Below, piece after piece: positions 8,810 to 17,882 of a stretch of 42,205 nt of DNA (within the stretch, counting starts at the first letter, position 1; every line of letters begins with the position of its first letter). Under the pieces are notes generated by a model. That model did not search any database. It was not told the origin of the DNA and was given only the letters and a program-made list of their open reading frames with translations. The stretch covers positions 1 to 42,205 of the forward strand of contig PFTQ01000065.1 of the NCBI GenBank assembly GCA_002789635.1, in the 5' to 3' direction. Source of the stretch: Candidatus Aenigmarchaeota archaeon CG_4_9_14_3_um_filter_37_18. Lineage in GTDB: Archaea > Aenigmatarchaeota > Aenigmatarchaeia > CG10238-14. The position numbers and the translations under genes are program-made.

Positions 8810-9003
8810 TCATTGATAAATTTGTATTCAATTGAAGGTTTTTTTTCTATGCCATGGATCATGCCTAAATCCAAAGTCTTCAGCTTTATCATTTTTTCGA
8901 CTTCTTCTATTAGCTCTATTTTCTCCTGGTCTGATAATGTTTGAAGGAATCTTCTAACCTTATCCTCGCCTGTAAGAATTATCAAATTATCCATACTCTC
9001 CAC
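8803..9003 (-). CDS. Hypothetical small protein
   Basis: ORF only. Its 3' end overlaps the minD stop by 7 nt in convergent orientation. Confidence 0.35.
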   Translation of the reverse strand: MESMDNLIILTGEDKVRRFLQTLSDQEKIELIEEVEKMIKLKTLDLGMIHGIEKKPSIEYKFINDY

Positions 9004-9052
9004 AATGTGAATTTAGTGGGATGGTTTTAGTATCTTTTGGAGGAAAAGTGGG

Positions 9053-9322
9053 ATGAATGTGTCACAGCGGGAGAAAATCAAATATTTAAAGATTGAATTC
9101 CAGTTTTATAGCATGTTTAATGTAAAATCTGTTATTTTATATGTTCCTGATGAATTCAAAACTCTAGACTTTTTTGATTTTGCAAGAGCTTATTTTGGGT
9201 CCTCATTTAATAATATAAGAAATAAAAGAAACCCTAATGTTTACAAATCAAGAGAAGGTATCGATATGTTATTAGATCTAGAAAAATTTGCAGAAGATTT
9301 TAGACAAAGATTTGCAGGATAA
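9053..9322 (+). CDS. Hypothetical protein
   Basis: ORF only. No motif was recognised. Confidence 0.35.
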   Translation: MNVSQREKIKYLKIEFQFYSMFNVKSVILYVPDEFKTLDFFDFARAYFGSSFNNIRNKRNPNVYKSREGIDMLLDLEKFAEDFRQRFAG

Positions 9323-9362
9323 GATGACTCAGAAGATATAATAGTTTATTTTGGACTTTAAA

Positions 9363-11771
9363 TCACATTAAAGTAATTTCAACTCTTTCCTTCCCACCGC
9401 CTATGTTCTTTCTCTTCAACTTAATCTTTCCGATTTCAGAAGCATTTTTTACATGTGTTCCGCCGCAAGGCATTCCCCAGCTGCCGCACTTCCACCATCT
9501 TTTCTCGGGATCTTTTTTGTCAGGCTCTGACTTTATCTCCAATCCTTTTGCAATTGCTTCATTCGCTTCCTTCTCAATCTCAGGTATTATTTGTGTTATC
9601 GGCTTGTCATACAGAAAGTCTATCCTTGCTTTGTCTGGGTTTATGTTTGATCCGATAATTTTCGGCTTCCCAAGCTTTTCAACGAACGGGTAATAAACTA
9701 TATGTGCGGCTGAATGCAACTTCATCAGGTTGTATCTTCTTTCCCAGCCTAAGCTTAACTGGACAGTATCCCCTGTATTAAAATCAGGCTCTTTTTCAAG
9801 TATATGGACTATCTTATGATTAGCTTTCTTAACTTCAACAAGCGGTATTTCATTAATCGTTCCTCTGTCAGACGCCTGCCCTCCAGAGAACGCAAAGAAC
9901 AATGTTTTGTCAAGAATCACTTCTTTCCCATTGATTTCAATGACTTTAGCCTGCGCTTCTTTCATGTATGGGTCTTGGTAGAATAATCTTTCTGTGTCTA
10001 TTCTTTCAAATTCGACATCTCTTTTTTCTGGCGGTTTTTCAATTCCTTTCTCCTCAGCTAGCTTCACTTCACACTTCCCAGTTTTTGATGAAACTTCCTT
10101 CCCATTAATCAAGCCAAACAAAAGGTCAACGCAAATCTCTCCGCCAGCAGCAGGCATTTCTAATCCCCAGTTCTCAAGAACTTTAGGATTAATCTCGCCA
10201 AACCTTGCCAACACTTTCCCATTAACAACAAACTTTGCAGCCCTGCCAGTAATATAGCAAGGAGCATTTGATTCTTCAACTCCATAATCATTAACGCCAA
10301 CATTGCTTAGGATGCTCTCGACTAAAGATTTCATCTCGGAAAAATTCGCTTTAGAATGGCAAAGTGCAACAGCAAGCCTTTTCATTGATTTGTTTCCAAT
10401 ATCATTATCTTCCAGGGAGACTACATCTCCAACCTCAAACAAATTCTGCGGGTATTCATTGTGCTTATTTCTTGAAAGAACCTCGATCAGACTAGGCAGC
10501 AGCCAATTCCTGACAACATCATACTCGCTTGTCTTGGCATTAGCAGTTTCAGCAACAGGCTTAACATCCATGCACATTTTTTTGAAAAGGCTGTTTTTGT
10601 TTGAAAGAATGAATGTCACAACCTCCTGCATCCCATACCCGACAAGAAGCGAACGCAGTCTTGTGCAGAAGATTTCTTTCTCGTCTTCATCTCCAATCGT
10701 CGATATCTTCGGGATTTCAGGGTCGAATGCCTGATAGCCGTAAGCTATTGCCACATCCTCGACTATGTCTATGCCATGCATGATGTCTGTCCTGTAGCAG
10801 GGAGTTTTCACTTCAATCTTATCTTTTGTTACTTCTTCTGCATCATATCCCATTCTCTGGAGGCATTGGGTTATTTGTAGATTGGTTAGTATCAATCCGA
10901 GAAGCTTGTTGACGTAGTTTGGATTAATTGTGATTATTTTTGTTGATAAGTCAGGAGTGTAAACCATTCTGTCCTCGTATTTGATTTTTATTTTATGGAT
11001 TGCCGCCCCCCGGTCAGCAAAAGTGGTTGCGATTATATTCAGGACTTCATTCGCCGCTTTCTCATCTGTTGCTGTGATGTCGACGAAGATGTTTTTTGTG
11101 TTTTCTTCTACTTTCGTGTCTTCGGAGTTGATTATAGGCGGCATTGACAAGACTTTGCCTCGCCCGTCATGAAGCAGGGGATATTCTTTCATCCCTTCTA
11201 AGACCCAGGCATAATCCTTTCCTTTCGGCAATTCTTCGAGGATCTGCTGCAAGGTCATTTCTTCTTTCTGCTCCAAGGGAATGAATTTGAATTCTTTTGG
11301 TTTGGTTGTGTAGATGACTGGAAATGCAATCTTATCATAGTCATGCAGCCCTATCGCCACTTTCTTTCTTTTCCTGCAGTGGGTGATATGGAGTTTTTCT
11401 TGGACCTGCATTATTGACTTGATGAAATCATCTGTAAATTTGACATTTTTGATCACACACGAGACAAAGTATGGCCTTACCTTCGAGACTTTATCTTCTA
11501 TTATTACCATTTCTTCAGAGCCTTCCAGTTTGTACTTTCTTAAACCAGTTTTCACACCCATATAAGATGAGAATGCCCTTGCCAGACCCTCGACAGATAG
11601 CATGTCAGGCCTGTTTGGGAAGATTTCTACTGTGAATGTGTCTCCTTCTGACCCCTCCCATCCTGTTCCCATCATCGGGATATTTTCTTCTATTTGCTGC
11701 ATGGTGAAATCTTTTCCTACCAGCTGGCAAAAATCTTTTCTATCGATTGTTATTACTGCCATGATTACCAC
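9363..11771 (-). CDS. pheT: Phenylalanine--tRNA ligase beta subunit fused to a C-terminal AlaX-like editing domain
   Basis: Residues 1..~556 are a complete archaeal PheT and end in the usual ...GEINPKVLENWGLEMP..GEICVDLLF. Residues ~593..802 have the AlaX-M layout: LFYQDPY...FSGGQASDRG, HSAAH (9702..9716) and CGGTH (9453..9467). Confidence 0.9.
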   Translation of the reverse strand: MVIMAVITIDRKDFCQLVGKDFTMQQIEENIPMMGTGWEGSEGDTFTVEIFPNRPDMLSVEGLARAFSSYMGVKTGLRKYKLEGSEEMVIIEDKVSKVRPYFVSCVIKNVKFTDDFIKSIMQVQEKLHITHCRKRKKVAIGLHDYDKIAFPVIYTTKPKEFKFIPLEQKEEMTLQQILEELPKGKDYAWVLEGMKEYPLLHDGRGKVLSMPPIINSEDTKVEENTKNIFVDITATDEKAANEVLNIIATTFADRGAAIHKIKIKYEDRMVYTPDLSTKIITINPNYVNKLLGLILTNLQITQCLQRMGYDAEEVTKDKIEVKTPCYRTDIMHGIDIVEDVAIAYGYQAFDPEIPKISTIGDEDEKEIFCTRLRSLLVGYGMQEVVTFILSNKNSLFKKMCMDVKPVAETANAKTSEYDVVRNWLLPSLIEVLSRNKHNEYPQNLFEVGDVVSLEDNDIGNKSMKRLAVALCHSKANFSEMKSLVESILSNVGVNDYGVEESNAPCYITGRAAKFVVNGKVLARFGEINPKVLENWGLEMPAAGGEICVDLLFGLINGKEVSSKTGKCEVKLAEEKGIEKPPEKRDVEFERIDTERLFYQDPYMKEAQAKVIEINGKEVILDKTLFFAFSGGQASDRGTINEIPLVEVKKANHKIVHILEKEPDFNTGDTVQLSLGWERRYNLMKLHSAAHIVYYPFVEKLGKPKIIGSNINPDKARIDFLYDKPITQIIPEIEKEANEAIAKGLEIKSEPDKKDPEKRWWKCGSWGMPCGGTHVKNASEIGKIKLKRKNIGGGKERVEITLM

Positions 11772-12412
11772 ACATCCTCCTCGGTTGCTAGGAAGTCTTT
11801 GCGTTTTTTAAGAGTATTTTTGAGTTCCTTGCTAAAATCTTTGTTTTTTTCAATACCATTATTATCGATATCTGATGCCTCTTTTGTATAGAACTCAGAA
11901 TTTCTAATATCTGCATATGACATAAAAGTTTCTACTGATTTCTTTAAATCGTAACCAAATTCATAAGAAGCTCTAACCATAGGAAAAAGACTTAATAAAT
12001 CGCTTTTTTCAAGCTTATCTGCATCAAAAAGTATCTTTGCCTCAATGGTTTGAGGTTTAATTTTCGACTTAGTTTCACTATGTGAAGCTATGCAATGCGC
12101 GATTTGTCTGATTTCATCATTATTAAATCCGAATTTTGGGAGATCTCTCTCTGCAATTTTTGGCCCAGTTTCATTGTGTTTCCAGTAATCACCTTCTGTT
12201 GCTCCGATGTCATGCAAAAGAACAGCAGGAACGAGAACAGAATAATTGACTCCTTTCTCTGTGTCAGCAATCATTAATGTCCTGAATAAATCGCGGATGA
12301 TGTGCTCAAAATTGTGCTGTGGTAAGTCAGCCTGATCATACTTCTTCTTCGCATAATCATAGACCTTCTTTATTCTCGGGTCTTTTTTTGTTAGTTCTGT
12401 TAGTTTCCTCAT
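11765..12412 (-). CDS. HD-domain metal-dependent phosphohydrolase
   Basis: HNFEH ... LLHDIG ... H ... D pattern. Its stop overlaps the pheT start by 7 nt. Confidence 0.82.
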   Translation of the reverse strand: MRKLTELTKKDPRIKKVYDYAKKKYDQADLPQHNFEHIIRDLFRTLMIADTEKGVNYSVLVPAVLLHDIGATEGDYWKHNETGPKIAERDLPKFGFNNDEIRQIAHCIASHSETKSKIKPQTIEAKILFDADKLEKSDLLSLFPMVRASYEFGYDLKKSVETFMSYADIRNSEFYTKEASDIDNNGIEKNKDFSKELKNTLKKRKDFLATEEDVW

Positions 12413-12459
12413 TTACTCGCCTTTATTTTTTTCGGTCCATTCTCGGTCCATTTTGAACC

Positions 12460-12690
12460 TTAAACAAGAATATAATAGATATTTTTCCCATATCCCCCCC
12501 TATTTATTATTTTTTCCTCTAACAAATTATCAATATCTCTAAAAGCCGAATTTTTGGAAGCATTTGCCAATCCACAAATCTCTTCAACAATTCTATTTGA
12601 ATCTGACAAAGAGCTTTTTAACTCTAGAAATTCCGACTCTCCTTTTTTAATAATATCTGAAATGTTGATTTTACTCATACACCCAACCAC
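12460..12690 (-). pseudogene. Possible internally deleted remnant of an AlbA_2 (Schlafen-like)/HTH regulator gene
   Basis: The N-terminal 30 aa (GESEFLELKSSLSD..IVEEICGLANA) look like the start of an AlbA_2 domain. The C-terminal 30 aa (FRDIDNLLEEKIINRGGYGKNIYYIL) look like the terminal wHTH of such proteins. The several hundred residues normally between the two are missing. Confidence 0.3.
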
Positions 12691-14189
12691 ATTTGCGCTT
12701 CCCTTAGCTGTTTTAAATCTGATAAGTACAACTTTCTGATATCATCCACTTTATATTTGTCCATGATTATTCTATCAAACCCTAATCCCCAAGCAAGAAC
12801 CGGGACATCTTTTCCTAGCAACGGCTTAACAACCTCTGGCCTGAATATACCTGACCCCCCCAACTCCATCCACTGCTTATGAGCAGGATGCCATACTTCT
12901 ACTTCAAGGCTCATCTCTGTGTATGGAAAGTATCCTGGTCTAAACCTCGTCTTTGGGAATCCCATTTTTTCAAAAAATCTTCTTAGGTAGCCCTGCAGCT
13001 GTCGAAAGGTTACGTCTTCACCAACAACTATTCCTTCTGTCTGGTAGAATTCAGCAAGATGTTTCCAATCCAAAGTCTCGTTTCTGAAGCATCGACCTAC
13101 AGCAAAATATTTCACAGGTAAGTCTTCCGACTTTAATTTCGCAATTGTTCTCGCGGATAAAGATGTAGTATGAGTCCTTAAGACACATCTCCTCGCAAAT
13201 TCAGGATTCCATTTGTACTGCCACCCTAATGATCCAGTGTCCCAACCATTCTCGTGTGTGAGCTTAACCTTCTCAACTAATTGATTGTCTGGCAACTTCC
13301 CTTTCTCAGGTATTTTCATGTAGAATGTATCTGCCAAATCTCGGGCAGGATGATCCTGAGGCTGGAACAAGGAATCAAAATTCCAGAATGATATGTCCAA
13401 CAATGGGCCAGTCATCTCTTTGAACCCCATGTCAGTCCATATGCCACGGATGTACTCGATGATTTGGGTTATGTAGTGTTTTTTTCCAGGGTTGATTTTT
13501 GTTGACGGCAAAGTAACGTCATATGGGCGAATGAGCTGTGTTTTCCACAATTTCTCCTTTAGGATTTCTGTCGTCAACTGACCTATTTCGTCCTTTATCA
13601 CAAGCTTCGGAAGAATTTTTTTTCCTAGGTCTGTCAGGAATATTTCCCGCTTTTTTTTGACCTTTCTCTTGATCAGCCCTCTTTTCTCAAGGTTTTCTAA
13701 TGATGACCTGTCGGATAGCTTTGGCATTTGCTCATGGTTTTTCAGGCTAATGAGTATTTTTTCTTCTGGCAGCTGCTCTTTTGTTGCTTTGCTTCCTTTA
13801 GATGTCAATTCCAGCTGCCCTTTCTTGATTACAACCCAGTTGTTTTTCTTGACCCAGACCAAGCCTATATCGAATTTCTTGAGTTTTTTTTTCAATTCAA
13901 GAATAGATATTTCCCCATCCTCGACAAGTTTCAGAAGGTTTTTTTCTGGGAGGCCATGCTCAGCATATTCTTCGCCTTCTTTTGTTAATTCCAAAGTTTC
14001 AGACGTCTCCTCGTCTATTTTTAAGACGCCTTTCACTTTTGCCCATAAGGATGCTTTCTCGATTGAGTCCTTATTTAATCCTGTCTCATGCTCGAGCTCT
14101 TGGATTGTCAAGGATTTCTTGCCTTCTAACGCTTTTAGGATTCTTTTTTCGTGGGTATGCAGTCGATTGAGCAGCTCTTTGTCATTCAT
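12675..14189 (-). CDS. pheS: Phenylalanine--tRNA ligase alpha subunit (archaeal type)
   Basis: N-terminal winged-helix repeats followed by the class II core (HPARD, FRNE, GLGFDR). Confidence 0.92.
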   Translation of the reverse strand: MNDKELLNRLHTHEKRILKALEGKKSLTIQELEHETGLNKDSIEKASLWAKVKGVLKIDEETSETLELTKEGEEYAEHGLPEKNLLKLVEDGEISILELKKKLKKFDIGLVWVKKNNWVVIKKGQLELTSKGSKATKEQLPEEKILISLKNHEQMPKLSDRSSLENLEKRGLIKRKVKKKREIFLTDLGKKILPKLVIKDEIGQLTTEILKEKLWKTQLIRPYDVTLPSTKINPGKKHYITQIIEYIRGIWTDMGFKEMTGPLLDISFWNFDSLFQPQDHPARDLADTFYMKIPEKGKLPDNQLVEKVKLTHENGWDTGSLGWQYKWNPEFARRCVLRTHTTSLSARTIAKLKSEDLPVKYFAVGRCFRNETLDWKHLAEFYQTEGIVVGEDVTFRQLQGYLRRFFEKMGFPKTRFRPGYFPYTEMSLEVEVWHPAHKQWMELGGSGIFRPEVVKPLLGKDVPVLAWGLGFDRIIMDKYKVDDIRKLYLSDLKQLREAQMWLGV

Positions 14190-14310
14190 TACTATCCTCT
14201 CTTAATGGTTTAGTTTTAGGAGTAGAAAAAACTTCGGTTGCAGTTAGCGTAGAAATTGGAAGGGCATCACGTTCACTAAGAGTAATATTGGTAGGTTAGG
14301 CTTAAGTAAC

Positions 14311-14604
14311 TTACAGAAAATAAGCGTTTTCTAATTCAATTCTTGTAATGCCGAGATAATTGCATGTGAGGTCTATTTGTCGGTCTAAAACTCCTTGAAA
14401 ACCAAATCTGAGTCCTTGGACAAGCAGATTCCCATCTTCAGCAAATATAGAATAAAACACATCTAAAGCTTGTTGAAATGTATGTTGACTCGAACTTGTA
14501 GACGTATATTGGCTTATGGTATTTACCCATCTTCTGGCTTCTCTTTCATACCATGTCCAGTTTTCTATTCGAATTGGCAATGAGTTTGGCATTGAGTTTA
14601 CCAA
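14311..14604 (-). CDS. Hypothetical protein
   Basis: ORF located 27 nt downstream of the wHTH gene on the same strand. No family was recognised. Confidence 0.45.
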   Translation of the reverse strand: MVNSMPNSLPIRIENWTWYEREARRWVNTISQYTSTSSSQHTFQQALDVFYSIFAEDGNLLVQGLRFGFQGVLDRQIDLTCNYLGITRIELENAYFL

Positions 14605-14631
14605 TGGGAAAAAAACGATTAATACTTTATT

Positions 14632-14967
14632 TTACAATCTAGCCGCAACTGGCTTCATAATATTGTTTCTTTTTGGTTCAATCTCCTGCAGGCTAACCTT
14701 CATTTCTATTTCCATTACCTTTTTCACAATAGGCGACTGTAAGTTGATTTTATAGAGCTGTGTTCTGTTGATTTTTCTTGTTTTCACAACCAAGCCCCAT
14801 TTAATGAATTTATCCCATATTTTGTACAGTGTCGGCCTTGTTATGCCGGCGCCCTTAGCTATGTCAGTTTTTGTGTAGTCAAATATATTATTATCTAAAA
14901 GAAAGTCGAAAACTCTAAGAGCAGGTGTTCTTCCAAAAATTCCAATCATTATAGAGTCCTGTTCCAT
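14632..14967 (-). CDS. Winged helix-turn-helix transcriptional regulator
   Basis: ALRVFDFLL....YTKTDIAKGAGITRPTLYKIWDKFIKWGLV is a typical archaeal wHTH. Confidence 0.7.
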   Translation of the reverse strand: MEQDSIMIGIFGRTPALRVFDFLLDNNIFDYTKTDIAKGAGITRPTLYKIWDKFIKWGLVVKTRKINRTQLYKINLQSPIVKKVMEIEMKVSLQEIEPKRNNIMKPVAARL

Positions 14968-15062
14968 AGGATATTCTTGAAAAAGCTAGTATAAATATTT
15001 TTACTTTTATTGTAAAATTTAATTTACATATTTTTTATATTAAAGATAAACAAATTTAATAT

Positions 15063-15329
15063 ATGAGAGAAGAAGAAAGGGCCTGGATTCTGTTCAAATT
15101 ATTAAGGCATTGGGGTGGAAAACACACAAGTCTTGACAATCTTCCAAAAGGCCAGCCTAAGAATGTAGCGAAGCAGATAAAAGAAGCCTGCAAAGAAATG
15201 ATAAAAGACGGTTTGATACTTTCTAAACCCACCCATTACGGATTGGAAATATCGCTTAATCCTAGAAGGAAAAAAGAAATAATTGAAATTGTATCGAAAT
15301 ATTATGATATTCCTTTCGATATTTTTTAG
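15063..15329 (+). CDS. Hypothetical small protein
   Basis: ORF diverging from the wHTH gene across a very AT-rich 95-bp spacer. No family was recognised. Confidence 0.45.
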   Translation: MREEERAWILFKLLRHWGGKHTSLDNLPKGQPKNVAKQIKEACKEMIKDGLILSKPTHYGLEISLNPRRKKEIIEIVSKYYDIPFDIF

Positions 15330-15333
15330 GCTG

Positions 15334-16455
15334 TTAATCCCTTACAATAAAATCGTCCAGCCTGTCTTTAGCCTTTTCCCGCCTTTCCTGAAACCCTTTC
15401 AGGTACTCATTCAACTTGTCCACCAGAATCTGCTTCAACTCCCCTGTCAGCATCTTGCCAGACTTGTAGTCGTCGTAGATTTTCTTCAGCCTTTCATCGC
15501 TCTCCTCAAAGAATGCAAGCCATTGGTAGGAAACATCTATATCAGGATTGCCTCCGAACTTCCTGTGCTCCTCAACATTCCTCGCTCCGCCAGAGAACGC
15601 GTGCTTCATTACTTTCTCGCGGACAGCTTTCGGTGTGTCTGTAGTGAATATGCATGTCGATTCCACAGATGAGGACATCTTTCCCTCCTCTGACATCCCT
15701 TGCAGCCCTGGCAAAAACCTTCCATGTATTTGTGCGGGCTTGTAATAGCCTAACTTTTCAGCTACATCCCTTGCCATCCTCCAGTAATTATCTTGGTCGA
15801 TTGATGCTGGGATAAGGACAGGTATGTTCTTCCCGTTCAATTCAGATGGAAGAAAGCAGGGGACAGTCTGGATCGCAGGGAAAAACGTAATCCCGATGTT
15901 CGAGCTGTCTGTGAAGCCGAATATTGATTTTGCTGTCGAGAGCGTGGTTTTCTTCGCAACTTTTAACGCAATCTTGTATTGCGTCTTGATGTAATCAATA
16001 TCTGAGAATATGTGCGTTTTCTTCGGCTTGAATCCGACTGCTATAACGTCTAATGCATTCTCATACGCTGTTTTATTCACTTCCTCAAGCGGCTTGTCCT
16101 TGATCAGGAATTTCTCGTCATCAGTCATCTGAAACCAAAGCTCAGTGTCAAATTTATCCTGCAGCCATTTTGTGAATATCCACGGGACTAAATGCCCTAG
16201 ATGAACCTTGCCGGAAGGGCCTCTGCCTGTGTAGAGATGGAATTTCTCGCCTTTCTCGTATTTGTCAAGTATCCAGTTCATATCCCTATGTGAGAAGTAT
16301 ATTCCTCGCCTTAAAAAGTGATGCAATTCTCCTGTATGTTTCTTGATCCTTTTGAGGAGTTTCTCGTCGATTTTTTCAGTGCCGAAGTCCTTGATCAGTT
16401 TATCATAATCTACGTTCCCTTTGACTTCCCATGGTGTTACAACAAATTCAGCCAT
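15334..16455 (-). CDS. trpS: Tryptophan--tRNA ligase (archaeal/eukaryotic type)
   Basis: N-terminal VTPWEV.G.VDYDKLI.DFG, a HIGH-like GKVHLGHL and a KMSKS-like KMSSS. Confidence 0.9.
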   Translation of the reverse strand: MAEFVVTPWEVKGNVDYDKLIKDFGTEKIDEKLLKRIKKHTGELHHFLRRGIYFSHRDMNWILDKYEKGEKFHLYTGRGPSGKVHLGHLVPWIFTKWLQDKFDTELWFQMTDDEKFLIKDKPLEEVNKTAYENALDVIAVGFKPKKTHIFSDIDYIKTQYKIALKVAKKTTLSTAKSIFGFTDSSNIGITFFPAIQTVPCFLPSELNGKNIPVLIPASIDQDNYWRMARDVAEKLGYYKPAQIHGRFLPGLQGMSEEGKMSSSVESTCIFTTDTPKAVREKVMKHAFSGGARNVEEHRKFGGNPDIDVSYQWLAFFEESDERLKKIYDDYKSGKMLTGELKQILVDKLNEYLKGFQERREKAKDRLDDFIVRD

Positions 16456-16953
16456 TCACTCACTCTCATATATTATTGGTTTTTCTATCAACTTAAGCAA
16501 ATCTCCTGCATGGATTTTGACTGTTTTTGAATGGTTTCCAGGGTTGAAGTACAGGTAATCGAACCCTAACAATTCTTTGTCAAGGTAAGTTTTTATTTTA
16601 TTCCTGTGGCCGAAGGGTGGAACGCAGCCTATCGGGCAGCCGACTAGTCTCTCGACATCTTTCGGTTTTGCTAATAGAATTTCTTTCGTTACTTCCAGCT
16701 CCGCAATTTTACTTGTTTGGATTTTTTTATTTCCTGGACCTAGGACTACTATGAATTTCCCTTCAGTTGTTTCAAAGAGCAGGTTTTTTATCCCGCAGTT
16801 GTTTGAGTCCTCGTTGATTTTCTCCATTATTTTTCTGGTTTTATCGGCGGCTTCGCATGTGTAGACTGGATCATGGTCAAACTCCTTGTAGTCTATTCCC
16901 TTGCCTTTAAGCAACTGCTTGATTTTGTTCTCAATGAATGTCATAATTATCAC
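16456..16953 (-). CDS. YbaK/ProX-family aminoacyl-tRNA deacylase (trans-editing protein)
   Basis: Has the size and motifs of the YbaK/ProX fold (GCPIGCVPPFGH, YFNPG). Its stop codon directly abuts the trpS start. Confidence 0.8.
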   Translation of the reverse strand: MIIMTFIENKIKQLLKGKGIDYKEFDHDPVYTCEAADKTRKIMEKINEDSNNCGIKNLLFETTEGKFIVVLGPGNKKIQTSKIAELEVTKEILLAKPKDVERLVGCPIGCVPPFGHRNKIKTYLDKELLGFDYLYFNPGNHSKTVKIHAGDLLKLIEKPIIYESE

Positions 16954-16971
16954 TTGGGTTTGAAAGAATAA

Positions 16972-17340
16972 TTATCTTCTCGCCAAATTTATCAAAGTTC
17001 CAGAATCATACGGTTCTTTTGCTCTGATCATCACAGATTGTCCTAACTTTTGTTTAAGTCTTCGGAGATCATATTCGGAAAGTCCTTCAAAAGACTCCCC
17101 TGTATAAATATTTCCTAGAGCTCCCAATGCATTGATTTGATGATTTCTCCCATCGGCGATTAAGTCAACTCTAATTAGTCTTACAGGTATTTCCCGACTA
17201 TATATACCACCTACCCAACTTCCTCCATCACTTAAACCGTAGACACTGCCCGTAGCCACCTCTCCCTCCCCCAAGCTTAATACAGTAAGTTTCTTTTTAG
17301 AACCGAATAGTCCATCTGCTATTCTCCCAAATATATTCAC
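16972..17340 (-). CDS. Hypothetical protein
   Basis: ORF in a co-directional array. No family was recognised. Confidence 0.5.
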   Translation of the reverse strand: MNIFGRIADGLFGSKKKLTVLSLGEGEVATGSVYGLSDGGSWVGGIYSREIPVRLIRVDLIADGRNHQINALGALGNIYTGESFEGLSEYDLRRLKQKLGQSVMIRAKEPYDSGTLINLARR

Positions 17341-17355
17341 CTATTTTCAACTTTT

Positions 17356-17868
17356 TCACCCATTTATTTCAAGAATATTAAAAAAACCTGTTAATTCGCA
17401 TGGAAGATAAACATCATGCCTTCTCGCCAAAATTTTTATTCTTTTAAGAAGTTCTGATTCTCTACTCAAAGTATCTATTACTGAAGGGATTATTTTTTCA
17501 GGATATTTTATGTTTACACCAAAAAGGCATGGGGATAGATGAATACCAAAGTCTGTTGCAATTAAAGGATCATTTTCACAAAAACCCGCTCTAATTCCTT
17601 TAGCTACTAATTTAAACGGAAATACTCTACAATAGACAGGCCTATCTGGATAAATTTGGCAGTATGTCGTTGTTGTATCATATGCTGAGCAACCTCTTTC
17701 ATTTGATAACATAACTGGTATTCCAAAGTATTCTGTTTTCAAGTAACTTGGTATACTTCCTAACTCTCTATCCCCTAAAGGTATCAAAACATCTGGTTCC
17801 CCGCAACATTTTCTTGTGCAACTTAAACAATAACCAGAACCTTCCAATAAATTATATTCAATGTCCAT
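17356..17868 (-). CDS. YkgJ-family cysteine-cluster protein (CxxCxxCC, UPF0153-like)
   Basis: CLSCTRKCC near the N-terminus and C..YD....CQIYPDRPVYCRVFPF downstream. Confidence 0.72.
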   Translation of the reverse strand: MDIEYNLLEGSGYCLSCTRKCCGEPDVLIPLGDRELGSIPSYLKTEYFGIPVMLSNERGCSAYDTTTTYCQIYPDRPVYCRVFPFKLVAKGIRAGFCENDPLIATDFGIHLSPCLFGVNIKYPEKIIPSVIDTLSRESELLKRIKILARRHDVYLPCELTGFFNILEING

Positions 17869-17882
17869 CGTTTCTCACCTAA

